From Acidobacteriota bacterium (GTDB lineage Bacteria; Acidobacteriota; UBA6911; RPQK01; JAJDTT01): DNA of 64,000 bases. The notes under the pieces were generated by a model, which worked only from the letters and a program-made list of their open reading frames with translations, was not told the DNA's origin and ran no database searches. Both the position numbers and the translations under genes were made by a program. The DNA is taken from the NCBI GenBank assembly GCA_965217775.1, contig CBDCJH010000002.1, forward strand, positions 4,064,001-4,128,000, read 5' to 3'. Shown piece by piece: positions 1-7,847 of the stretch. Positions within the stretch are counted from its first letter, which is position 1; each line of letters opens with the position of its first letter.

Positions 1-468
1 ATGGCACTGTGGACTCTCTGCTTGAGGAATGTCGCGCCGTGGCGGACAGGGCTCGGCTCACGGCGTTGCTGGGCAGGGGATTCGCGCTGACCCAAGCCGC
101 TGGTTGCGGAAGGGATTATTGAGAAGCAAACCCGACCCGTGAGATACGTTCGTTCGACGGATCGCCTGTTTCAGGATAAACGCTCCGCCGAAACCGGCGT
201 CGACATCAATCCAATGGCAGCCGGGAAGTGACCAGCAAAACCTGCGAACACGACCGACGGTCTACCGGGCCACTGCTTCCTGACCCACCTGGAGGATCTG
301 GCGACCATCTTCCCAAATCAGGTGGTTCCCGAAATCCCCGAGTCCCCGTCCTTTTCACTCATGACGCGACCAGCCCCGTTCCTACACCAGGTGTTGGATC
401 GACTTGGAGTTCGGCGATAGCTTTAGCCGGTCGCTTCGCCGACCCAGAACCCGTACCTGGGCCTGGAA

Positions 469-1554
469 TCAGGGCACGCCTTCCCAGACCTCGGCCAAAT
501 GGCCACTCCACCCCAGGATGAACATGGCGGAGATCAGGATCACGACGGCGATGCCCATGACTTCGAGCGGTTTCCTGCCGCTCCCGGCCCATTCGCCGCT
601 GAGCGCGCCCCAGAGATTGGCGCTCAGGATTCCCATCGAGGAGAGCATGGGGAAGCCGATCACCTCACCCAGGTTGCCGATCTTCCAGGTGCCGACCCCG
701 TAAAGCAGCAGCCCCATGGGGCCCAGCAGTCCCATGCCCAGGCCGATGACGTAGTCCCGGGAGGGTGGCAGGAACAGCCCCCAGGTCTTTTTCCTGGTGA
801 TGACGTAGGCGCAGTAGGCCGCATTGACCAGGGAGCCGGCCGTCATCCCGATGGCCCAGATCACGTTCAGGGCCAGAAAGGGCAGGGTGCCGCGCTGCTC
901 GGCCAGTTCGGCCAGGGGAGCCCCGTAGGCGAAACTCAGATTGATCATGGGATTGAGGAGGCCCGAGAGAACGGCCGCGATCACGCCGTACTTGACGTGA
1001 ATGTCGAGCCGCCACTGCTTGACCTCGCCGCCCGCCGAGCCGGCCTCCGCCGGGGCCGTGTGTTTGTCCTTGAGGTGCCCGGCCCAGGAACAGAACACGA
1101 CTCCCACCACCGCCAGCAGGACGCCGCCCATGATGATCCGTCCCTGCATGGTGAAGACATCGTCGGGGTGGAGCAGCACCAGGGGAGACAGGGACCCGAC
1201 CGCCGCCCCCAACCCGGTGGCGATGGCGTAACTCAGGCCCATGCCCGCCATCTTCAAGGCGAGTCCGAAGAAGACTGCCCCGAATCCGAAACCAAAACCG
1301 AAGATGAAGACCCGGAAGATATCGAGGCCGGACGCTTCCGCCAGCACGCCCATGAAGTCGTTGACCGTGAAAAAACTCAGGATCCAGGGCATGAAGCAGA
1401 AGGAGATGACCGAATACACCATCCAGAGGTGCTCCCACCTCCAGACCCGGATCCACTTCAGGGCCAGCCCGAGCCCGCCGTCAATGAAGGCGCCCAGGGA
1501 GATCAGGGCAATGCCGATAACGATATGGGCGGAGTCTCCAAACATTTCGAACAC
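469..1554 (-). CDS. rhaT: L-rhamnose/proton symporter RhaT-family (DMT superfamily) transporter
   Basis: About 10 hydrophobic segments; W.WE.LW.VYS N-terminal motif, GMGLSYAIATG and ANLWG.L.GEW motifs typical of RhaT. Substrate not certain. Confidence 0.75.
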   Translation of the reverse strand: MFEMFGDSAHIVIGIALISLGAFIDGGLGLALKWIRVWRWEHLWMVYSVISFCFMPWILSFFTVNDFMGVLAEASGLDIFRVFIFGFGFGFGAVFFGLALKMAGMGLSYAIATGLGAAVGSLSPLVLLHPDDVFTMQGRIIMGGVLLAVVGVVFCSWAGHLKDKHTAPAEAGSAGGEVKQWRLDIHVKYGVIAAVLSGLLNPMINLSFAYGAPLAELAEQRGTLPFLALNVIWAIGMTAGSLVNAAYCAYVITRKKTWGLFLPPSRDYVIGLGMGLLGPMGLLLYGVGTWKIGNLGEVIGFPMLSSMGILSANLWGALSGEWAGSGRKPLEVMGIAVVILISAMFILGWSGHLAEVWEGVP

Positions 1555-1716
1555 CTACTTTCGGGCTCGCCCGGGAGGGGAGGGCATGGGATCGGTAACG
1601 TCGCCGCGCGGTGCAGGCGATCTCGTTGATCAGGAGTCTACATGGGGGAACGAGGAAAGAAAAAAAAGAAAAGAGGAAGGAGAGAAGGGCATCGGGGCGA
1701 AGGCCGGCACGTCCCC

Positions 1717-1742
1717 GTAGGGACACTCCTCGTGGGTGCCCT
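1717..1742 (+). repeat. GTAG-family REP-like palindrome
   Basis: GTAGGGACACTCCTCGTGGGTGCCCT; related copy on the opposite strand at 7739-7763. Confidence 0.55.
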
Positions 1743-2027
1743 CGTTCATTCACCGCGCATCTCCATTCGATTCCTGGTTCTCCGGCATAGATGCACTTTT
1801 ACTATCAATAGCGAATAACGGCTTACAATTTTCTATTGATAGTAAAAGCGGTTCAAGACAAGGAGAACAACCGAGTCGCAGTCGGCGCAGGACCTCGGCG
1901 CTTGCTCGATGATGTGTTGGGAGGTCGGGGGGTCGAAGCGTGCCACTGCAACTTCCTCGGCTTGGGGGTTTCCGATCTGCAATACTGGGGAAACCGACAA
2001 CCGGCCCGTCGCACTGGAGGACGAGGA

Positions 2028-3359
2028 TTGCGGTCCAGCCAACAATTTACACGGCGCGAATTGCTCAGACGCGGTGTCATGACCGCGGGAACGGCGGCGG
2101 CGGCGCCCTTCGTGGACAGTTGCGGGCCGGGGGGCGCGCCGGACGGCGACCCGGACCGGCTCACCCTCCGAACCTGGAGTCCGGACACCCGTGACGCGGC
2201 ACTGGCCTCGGAGAGATGGTGGCATGGCGCCTTCATGGCCGCCCATCCTCAGTTGCGGGTGGAGCAGCTGACGGTCCCCTACGACGAGGACACGGTCAAG
2301 CTCAAGGCCGCGCACCGCGCCGGGACCAGCGTCCCGGACATCCTCTGGACCTACAATCAGAACCTCTACGCCTACGGTCTCGAAGGGCTGGTCCGTCCGA
2401 TCAACGACCTCATGTCCCGGATCGGCCTGGACCGCTATCCACAGCAGGTTCTGGACGGGATCCGGGTGGACGGGACCTACTATTCCGTTCCCTTCGTCGG
2501 CTTCCCCTTTTTCATCTACTGCCGGAAGGACCTCTACGCCGCCAAGGGACTGCGTCTCCCCGAGACGCATGAGGAACTGCTGGAGAACGTGGCTGCCCTC
2601 CACGATCCGCCCGACCGCTACGGCTACCTGCTGACGAACCAGTACATCGCCGACACCTTCAACCTCAAGACGGCCATGTGGACCCACGGAGCCTATTTCT
2701 TCGACGCCGGGGACAACCTGGCGTTGGACCGGCCCCAGACACTCCAAGCCTGGGCCTTCTACAAGGAGCTGGGGAAATACTCCCCACCCGGTTCGATGGC
2801 CCAGGGCGACCTGGAGAGCCGGGAGCTGATGCTGGACGGCCGGGTCGCCCACATGTTCACCACCACCAGCTTCGCCGCCGACTTCGGCCCCGAGGACATG
2901 AACCGTCAGGGGGCGTTCGCGTACCCCATCCAGCCCGGGGCCAAGGGAGCGTCCCTGGACTTCAATGCTCTCTCCCTGCCGGCCCGGTCGAAACAACCCG
3001 AACTGGCCAAGGACATGATCGGATTCCTCCTGGAGCCGGAGAACTTCCAGGAATTTCTGACCCGGACCGTGGTGGGATGGGTTCCCATGCTGGAGGACGC
3101 CTGGACCGGCCGGTATCTGAATCATCCCCGGATCGCGGCGGTGAGGGAGTACCTGGAAGTGGGCCGAGTCTCGCAGAAGACCGGGATCGTCTCCACCGGG
3201 TATTTCGGTCCTTCCCGGCACTCCGGAGTCCTGATCGCCACCGACATCGAAAAACAGATCGGAGACCGCCTGGTGGTCTTCGACCAGAGTACCGAGGAGG
3301 TCCTGGAATGGGCCGACTCGGTGCTGCGGAAAGCACTTGCCCAGGAGTCTGCGCCGTAG
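2028..3359 (+). CDS. carbohydrate ABC transporter substrate-binding protein (Tat-type lipoprotein signal)
   Basis: TTG 2028 after GGAGG/GAGGA; TRRELL twin-arginine motif then ..DSCG lipobox-like; SBP_bac_1 motifs PDI, GTYYSVP, YCRKDL, PETHEEL; upstream of two permeases. Confidence 0.85.
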   Translation: MRSSQQFTRRELLRRGVMTAGTAAAAPFVDSCGPGGAPDGDPDRLTLRTWSPDTRDAALASERWWHGAFMAAHPQLRVEQLTVPYDEDTVKLKAAHRAGTSVPDILWTYNQNLYAYGLEGLVRPINDLMSRIGLDRYPQQVLDGIRVDGTYYSVPFVGFPFFIYCRKDLYAAKGLRLPETHEELLENVAALHDPPDRYGYLLTNQYIADTFNLKTAMWTHGAYFFDAGDNLALDRPQTLQAWAFYKELGKYSPPGSMAQGDLESRELMLDGRVAHMFTTTSFAADFGPEDMNRQGAFAYPIQPGAKGASLDFNALSLPARSKQPELAKDMIGFLLEPENFQEFLTRTVVGWVPMLEDAWTGRYLNHPRIAAVREYLEVGRVSQKTGIVSTGYFGPSRHSGVLIATDIEKQIGDRLVVFDQSTEEVLEWADSVLRKALAQESAP

Positions 3360-3506
3360 GAATGATCGTAGCGAGAAAGTGGGGAATCGAGGCCAGATTT
3401 TCTCGATTTGGAGGTGCATAGTCGTTCTATTCGCCGAGAAATCGAGGAAATATGGACCGATTCACCGCTTTCGCAGTAGATCAATTTCTGCGGCGCAGGC
3501 TCCTAG
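3341..3506. mobile_element. MITE-like element family B (about 27-bp imperfect TIRs, CTAG ends)
   Basis: Left end C(C/T)AGGAGTCTGCGCCGTAGGAATGATC is an inverted repeat of right end GATCAATTTCTGCGGCGCAGGCTCCTAG; second copy at 19407-19573. Confidence 0.8.
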
Positions 3507-3521
3507 AGTTTCGGATCCTGG

Positions 3522-4406
3522 ATGCGCGCCGCAGACTTGAAGCACAGCGTCTACGTGCAGGTCGCCGGGGTGGTCCTGACGGCTCCCGCCATTCTGCTGC
3601 TGTCGCTGGTGGTCGTGCTCCCGTTCATCACCGCGGCTTGGTGGAGCCTCTCACCCGAACCGGGTTCGGATCCGACCCTGGCCGGCTATCGCTGGCTCCT
3701 GGACCCCGCGTTCTTCGACGCCTTCAAGCACAGCCTGTACATCGGCGTGTTCTCGGTTCTCCTGGAGCTCCTGATCGCCATTCCGGCAGCGATCCTGCTC
3801 AACCAGGCCATCCCGGCGCGCGGCTTCTGCCGGGCGGCCCTGATGCTGCCCTGGGCCGTTCCCACGATTGCCGTCGCCGCCGCGTTCCTTTGGCTGGCCA
3901 ACACCAACTACGGGCTGTTCAACCAGTTGGGACTCGCGCTCGGGCTGCTGGACGCCCCCATCGCGTTTCTGGGATCTCCGGCGCTGGCGCTGCCCAGCGT
4001 GATCGTGGCGCACGCCTGGAAAGGCCTGCCGCTCGTCTTCGTCATCATTCTGTCCGCTCTCCAATCGCTCCCTCCCGAACTGATGGAAGCGGCCCGGGTG
4101 GACGGCGCCGGCCGGATGGCTCAGTTCACCCATGTGATTCTGCCTCATCTCAAGCCCTCCATCGCCTTGGCGGCGGTGCTCTCGGGGATTTACAACTTCT
4201 CCCTCTTCGACATCACCTTCCTGTTGACCAGGGGCGGACCGGCGGGCGAGACCACGACCCTTCCCCTGCTGCTCTACACCCAGGAGTTCAAGGCTCTGGA
4301 CACGGGGCGGGCGGCGGTGGTGGGAGTCTCGATCTTCGCCGCAGGACTGATGGCGCTGGCGGCACTGAGTTGGAGCTCGTTCAGCAGGGAGACCAGGGGA
4401 ACCTGA
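3522..4406 (+). CDS. carbohydrate ABC transporter permease (UgpA/MalF-like)
   Basis: Hydrophobic; EAA loop LQSLPPELMEAARVDGAG; TRGGP motif. Confidence 0.9.
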   Translation: MRAADLKHSVYVQVAGVVLTAPAILLLSLVVVLPFITAAWWSLSPEPGSDPTLAGYRWLLDPAFFDAFKHSLYIGVFSVLLELLIAIPAAILLNQAIPARGFCRAALMLPWAVPTIAVAAAFLWLANTNYGLFNQLGLALGLLDAPIAFLGSPALALPSVIVAHAWKGLPLVFVIILSALQSLPPELMEAARVDGAGRMAQFTHVILPHLKPSIALAAVLSGIYNFSLFDITFLLTRGGPAGETTTLPLLLYTQEFKALDTGRAAVVGVSIFAAGLMALAALSWSSFSRETRGT

Positions 4407-5308
4407 TGGGCGCCGATACCCGAGGAGTGCTCGACTCAGGCCCCGGACGGACGATCCCTACCGCCTCAGCCAACCGGCGGCGGCGCTCCCGCATGCTGGC
4501 GTTTCTGGCGCTGGTCATGACTCTGGCGATCCTCTTCCCGTTCCTCTGGATCGTGCTCTCCTCCTTCCGGGACCCCCAGAACTTCCTGACCTTGGATCTG
4601 CGAGATGCCCTGCCGCGAAGCCTGGACCTCTCCAGTTACCGTCTGGCCCTGGGCCGCACCGATCTCTTCCATTGGGTGGCGAACAGCCTGCTGGTGGCGG
4701 CTTCGACGACGGTTCTGTCGCTGCTGGTCTCGGCGCCGGCGGCCTTCGCCCTGAGCCGCCTCGAGTTTCGAGGCAAGGCGGCCGTGCAGTGGTTCAGCAT
4801 GATCAGCTATGCCGTGCCCTCCATCATCATCGTGGTCCCCCTGTTCCTGATCCTGGTGAAGCTGGGCCTGAACAACTCCTATGCCGGCCTGATCCTGGTC
4901 CACGCCACCTTCACCATCCCCTTCTCAACCTGGGTCCTGCGCGACTTCTACCGGTCGATTCCGCCCGACCTGGAGGAGGCGGGCTACGTGGACGGAGCCA
5001 ATCTGCTCCAGGTGCTCCGGTACATCGTCCTCCCCTTGTCGATCCCGGGCCTGCTGGCTGCGGGCGCCTACGCCTTCATCCTGTCCTGGAACGACTTCCT
5101 GTTCGCCCTTGTGATCATGGACGAAGCGGCCGCGTATACTGCCCCGGTGGGCGTGCACGCCTATTTCACCGGGCGGTTCCTGGGGGAATCGACCTGGGCC
5201 CAGTTGATGGCCGCATCCTCCATCGTCAGTCTTCCCAGTGTCCTCCTCTTCGGGTTCTTTCAGCGTTATCTGGTGTCCGGATTCCTCAGGTCGGGAGTGA
5301 AGGGATGA
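4406..5308 (+). CDS. carbohydrate ABC transporter permease (UgpE/MalG-like)
   Basis: ATG overlaps the upstream TGA; EAA loop IPPDLEEAGYVDGA; SWNDFLFAL; FQRYLVSG. Confidence 0.9.
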   Translation: MGADTRGVLDSGPGRTIPTASANRRRRSRMLAFLALVMTLAILFPFLWIVLSSFRDPQNFLTLDLRDALPRSLDLSSYRLALGRTDLFHWVANSLLVAASTTVLSLLVSAPAAFALSRLEFRGKAAVQWFSMISYAVPSIIIVVPLFLILVKLGLNNSYAGLILVHATFTIPFSTWVLRDFYRSIPPDLEEAGYVDGANLLQVLRYIVLPLSIPGLLAAGAYAFILSWNDFLFALVIMDEAAAYTAPVGVHAYFTGRFLGESTWAQLMAASSIVSLPSVLLFGFFQRYLVSGFLRSGVKG

Positions 5309-5323
5309 CGGAGGAGTCGACCG

Positions 5324-6418
5324 TTGGCTGAAGTCGGTCTGAAGGGGGTCACCAAGACCTACTCGGGAGACGTCCTCGCGGTGTCGGACCTGACCCTGCG
5401 GGTGGAGCACGGCCAGTTCGCGGTCCTCCTGGGGCCTTCCGGATGCGGCAAGTCCACGACGCTACGCTTGATCGCCGGGCTGGAGGAACCGGACCAGGGC
5501 GAGATTCTCATCGGCGGCGAGGTCGTCAATCACCTCCCTCCCCAGAAACGGGACCTGGCCATGGTGTTCCAGTCCTACGCCCTCTATCCCCACATGAACG
5601 TCGCTCGGAACATGGGATTCGGCTTGAAGATGCGCAGGGTGCCCGCGTCCGAAAGCCGGGACCGGGTCCGGGCCGCCGCCCGGCTCCTGGGCCTGGAAGA
5701 GCTGTTGGAACGCTATCCGAGCCAGCTTTCCGGGGGACAGAAGCAACGGGTGGCGCTGGGCCGCGCCATCGTGCGCAAACCGGCGGTGTTCCTGCTGGAC
5801 GAACCGCTCTCCAATCTGGATGCCCAGCTTCGGACCGAGACCCGCATCGAGTTGCTGAAGCTGCAACGGGACTTGCACGGCACCTTCATCCTCGTGACCC
5901 ACGACCAGGTGGAGGCGATGATGCTGGCGGACGTCATCGCCGTGATGAAGGACGGGACGCTGCAGCAGACGGGGACGCCGGAGGAGATCTACGCCGAACC
6001 GGCCAACCTGTTCGTGGCCGGTTTCGTCGGGTCCCCGCCCATGAACCTCGTTCCCGGGGAACTGGTGCGGGAAGACGGCGCCTGCTTCTTCCGAGGGGAG
6101 TTCTCCCTGCGCCTGTCCCGTCTGAATCGGGACCACCGCGTCCCCGAGCCGAACTCACCCATGGTCCTGGGCTTCCGTCCCGAGGCGGCGGGTGTCTCCT
6201 CCAGCGGCGACATTCGTTTGCGGGTCGAGCTGGTGGAGAACCGCGGAAGCCAGAAATTCCTCTACGGCTCCGCCGATGGTGGACAAAGGCTGAGTGTCGC
6301 CGCGGAGCCCAATTCTCCGGTCCGTTCCGGCGAGACCATTTCCATCACGATCGCTCCGGAAAGCCTCCTCTTCTTCGATGCCGCGACCGGAACACGGATC
6401 GGCCCGGAAACGGTCTGA
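5324..6418 (+). CDS. carbohydrate ABC transporter ATP-binding protein (UgpC/MalK-like)
   Basis: Walker A GPSGCGKST, LSGGQ signature, LLDEPLSNLD, VTHDQ; GGAGGAG RBS. Confidence 0.93.
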   Translation: MAEVGLKGVTKTYSGDVLAVSDLTLRVEHGQFAVLLGPSGCGKSTTLRLIAGLEEPDQGEILIGGEVVNHLPPQKRDLAMVFQSYALYPHMNVARNMGFGLKMRRVPASESRDRVRAAARLLGLEELLERYPSQLSGGQKQRVALGRAIVRKPAVFLLDEPLSNLDAQLRTETRIELLKLQRDLHGTFILVTHDQVEAMMLADVIAVMKDGTLQQTGTPEEIYAEPANLFVAGFVGSPPMNLVPGELVREDGACFFRGEFSLRLSRLNRDHRVPEPNSPMVLGFRPEAAGVSSSGDIRLRVELVENRGSQKFLYGSADGGQRLSVAAEPNSPVRSGETISITIAPESLLFFDAATGTRIGPETV

Positions 6419-6580
6419 AGCGAGCGGCACCTCATCGCCGGGGATACGGCCCCACTCCTCAAAGCCCTGGTTCGAGGTCAGCATTGTCGGTCGGTGGCGG
6501 CGGGTTGGAGGGTAGACTGACGCGGCTCTCAACTGCCCCCTTGTGGAGCCGGGATTTGGTTTGAAGAGGAGGAGACAACC

Positions 6581-6958
6581 ATGAAGGAATACAAATACCA
6601 GGGTGAGCCGTTCCAGCTCGATGATTCGAAGGGTTGCTACGTGGAAGTCACCTGCAAGTACCTGACAGGGTACTTGGGGGTGAATCTCGGAGCCCGAGCG
6701 ACCGACCAGAATCCGTATGTCTGGGACACGGACAAGAGGCCCGAATTCTATGTGACGCCCAAGGGATTGAAGTACGGTATTAGCAGCGGTGCTGCATTTG
6801 AAGAGAACCTTGATGCCCTCTGTAATCGGTTGTTGCAGGAGTTCCAACTTGAAGAGGCCGCCAAGGCGTTTGACCGCAAGAAATACTGCGCCGAACTTCA
6901 CGACCGCGTAAAGAATCTGCCGGGAAGAGAGGGGGCAAAGCTCTATAGAGTCCAATAA
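6581..6958 (+). CDS. hypothetical protein (125 aa)
   Basis: Strong RBS GAGGAGGAG, ATG start, protein-like composition, lower GC; no family recognised. Confidence 0.7.
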   Translation: MKEYKYQGEPFQLDDSKGCYVEVTCKYLTGYLGVNLGARATDQNPYVWDTDKRPEFYVTPKGLKYGISSGAAFEENLDALCNRLLQEFQLEEAAKAFDRKKYCAELHDRVKNLPGREGAKLYRVQ

Positions 6959-7119
6959 CAGCCCGTGGCAAAAGTCGTCACGGCATTCGACCGTCCCTGC
7001 ATCCCGGCGGACTGCGTTGCTATCGGCTCACATACTCCCGTTATGCTCCCTCATCGCGCCTTGTCCGGCGGGCGCAGGAACGGTCTCGGTGCTCGCGCGA
7101 CCTTCACCACGGACTGATA
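6956..7119. mobile_element. MITE-like element family A (TA duplication, net 162 bp)
   Basis: TA-N-CAGCCCGTGGCAAAAGTC ... GACCTTCACCACGGACTG-N-TA; imperfect TIR; inserted at the TA of the upstream TAA stop codon. Confidence 0.88.
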
Positions 7120-7255
7120 AAGCGCATTTATCGTACCCTGCCCCCCTGGAGGGGTCTGGCTTGGATTTTGAGAGCGGGGTCCGCCCCTGCCCCCGTGAGC
7201 GCCGCGAGCGGCGCCGACGGACTCGGGAGCATGAAAGGGAAGAGAAGGAGCGAAC

Positions 7256-7465
7256 ATGGAATATACGGCTATTGTGAAGCATCGGGGCGAGTGGTGGATC
7301 GGCTGGATTGAGGAAGTGCCCGGCGTGAATTGCCAGGAACGCACGCATGAGGAGTTGATTAATAGCCTCGCCGAAACGCTCTCCGGAGCACTTGAACTCA
7401 ACCGGCAGGATGCCCTGTCCGCTGCGGGAGACGATTACCTTGAGGAGAAGGTCGTTGTTGGATGA
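7256..7465 (+). CDS. hicB: HicB-family antitoxin
   Basis: YTAIVK..WWIGWIEEVPGVNCQERT.EEL motif of short HicB; overlaps the downstream hicA. Confidence 0.85.
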   Translation: MEYTAIVKHRGEWWIGWIEEVPGVNCQERTHEELINSLAETLSGALELNRQDALSAAGDDYLEEKVVVG

Positions 7466-7650
7466 AGCGGATTGACCTATTGAGACACCTTCGAAAGCAG
7501 GGCTGCGAACTTGTGCGTGAAGGAGGAAGACACTCTTGGTGGCGAAATGATCGCGGTGACCGGCGTTCTGCAATTCCGCGCCACCAGGAAATCGACGACA
7601 TCCTGGCTCGAAAAATCTGCCGGGATCCCGGAGTCGATCAGGTCCGATAG
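7462..7650 (+). CDS. hicA: HicA-family toxin
   Basis: MKR.DLLRHL..GC.LVREGGRH, IPRH.EI motifs. Confidence 0.88.
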   Translation: MKRIDLLRHLRKQGCELVREGGRHSWWRNDRGDRRSAIPRHQEIDDILARKICRDPGVDQVR

Positions 7651-7658
7651 AGAAATGT

Positions 7659-7679
7659 AAGAGGGGACACCTTCTCTAC
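7659..7679 (+). repeat. polar hairpin site, degenerate copy 1
   Basis: AAGAGGGGACACCTTCTCTAC (loop shortened), 9 nt after the hicA stop. Confidence 0.55.
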
Positions 7680-7738
7680 CTCGCGCCCGGGTTCAGCACA
7701 TCCCCGAGCCGAACTCACCCACCGATTCGGATCGAAGA

Positions 7739-7763
7739 GGGTGCCCACAAGGGGCGCCCCTAC
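7739..7763 (-). repeat. GTAG-family REP-like palindrome
   Basis: Reverse complement reads GTAGGGGCGCCCCTTGTGGGCACCC. Confidence 0.6.
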
Positions 7764-7813
7764 GGAAAATTCTTCGTCCATTTGCACAAGATTTTGGGAG
7801 TAACACGGACCAA

Positions 7814-7836
7814 GGAGAAGGGGACAGTTACCTTCT
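7814..7836 (+). repeat. polar hairpin site, copy 2
   Basis: GGAGAAGGGGACAGTTACCTTCT, 11 nt beyond the TonB receptor stop. Confidence 0.85.
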
Positions 7837-7847
7837 GGCGCCGTGTC

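Noticed and set aside
3-122. Possible 3' end of a gene entering the window
   Set aside because: Only 39 open codons with no recognisable motif.
1833-3419. 528-aa minus-strand ORF
   Set aside because: Antisense shadow of the substrate-binding protein gene in GC-rich DNA.
3452-4405. N-terminal extension making a 618-aa permease
   Set aside because: It overlaps the first permease in another frame; the real start is ATG 4406 or later.
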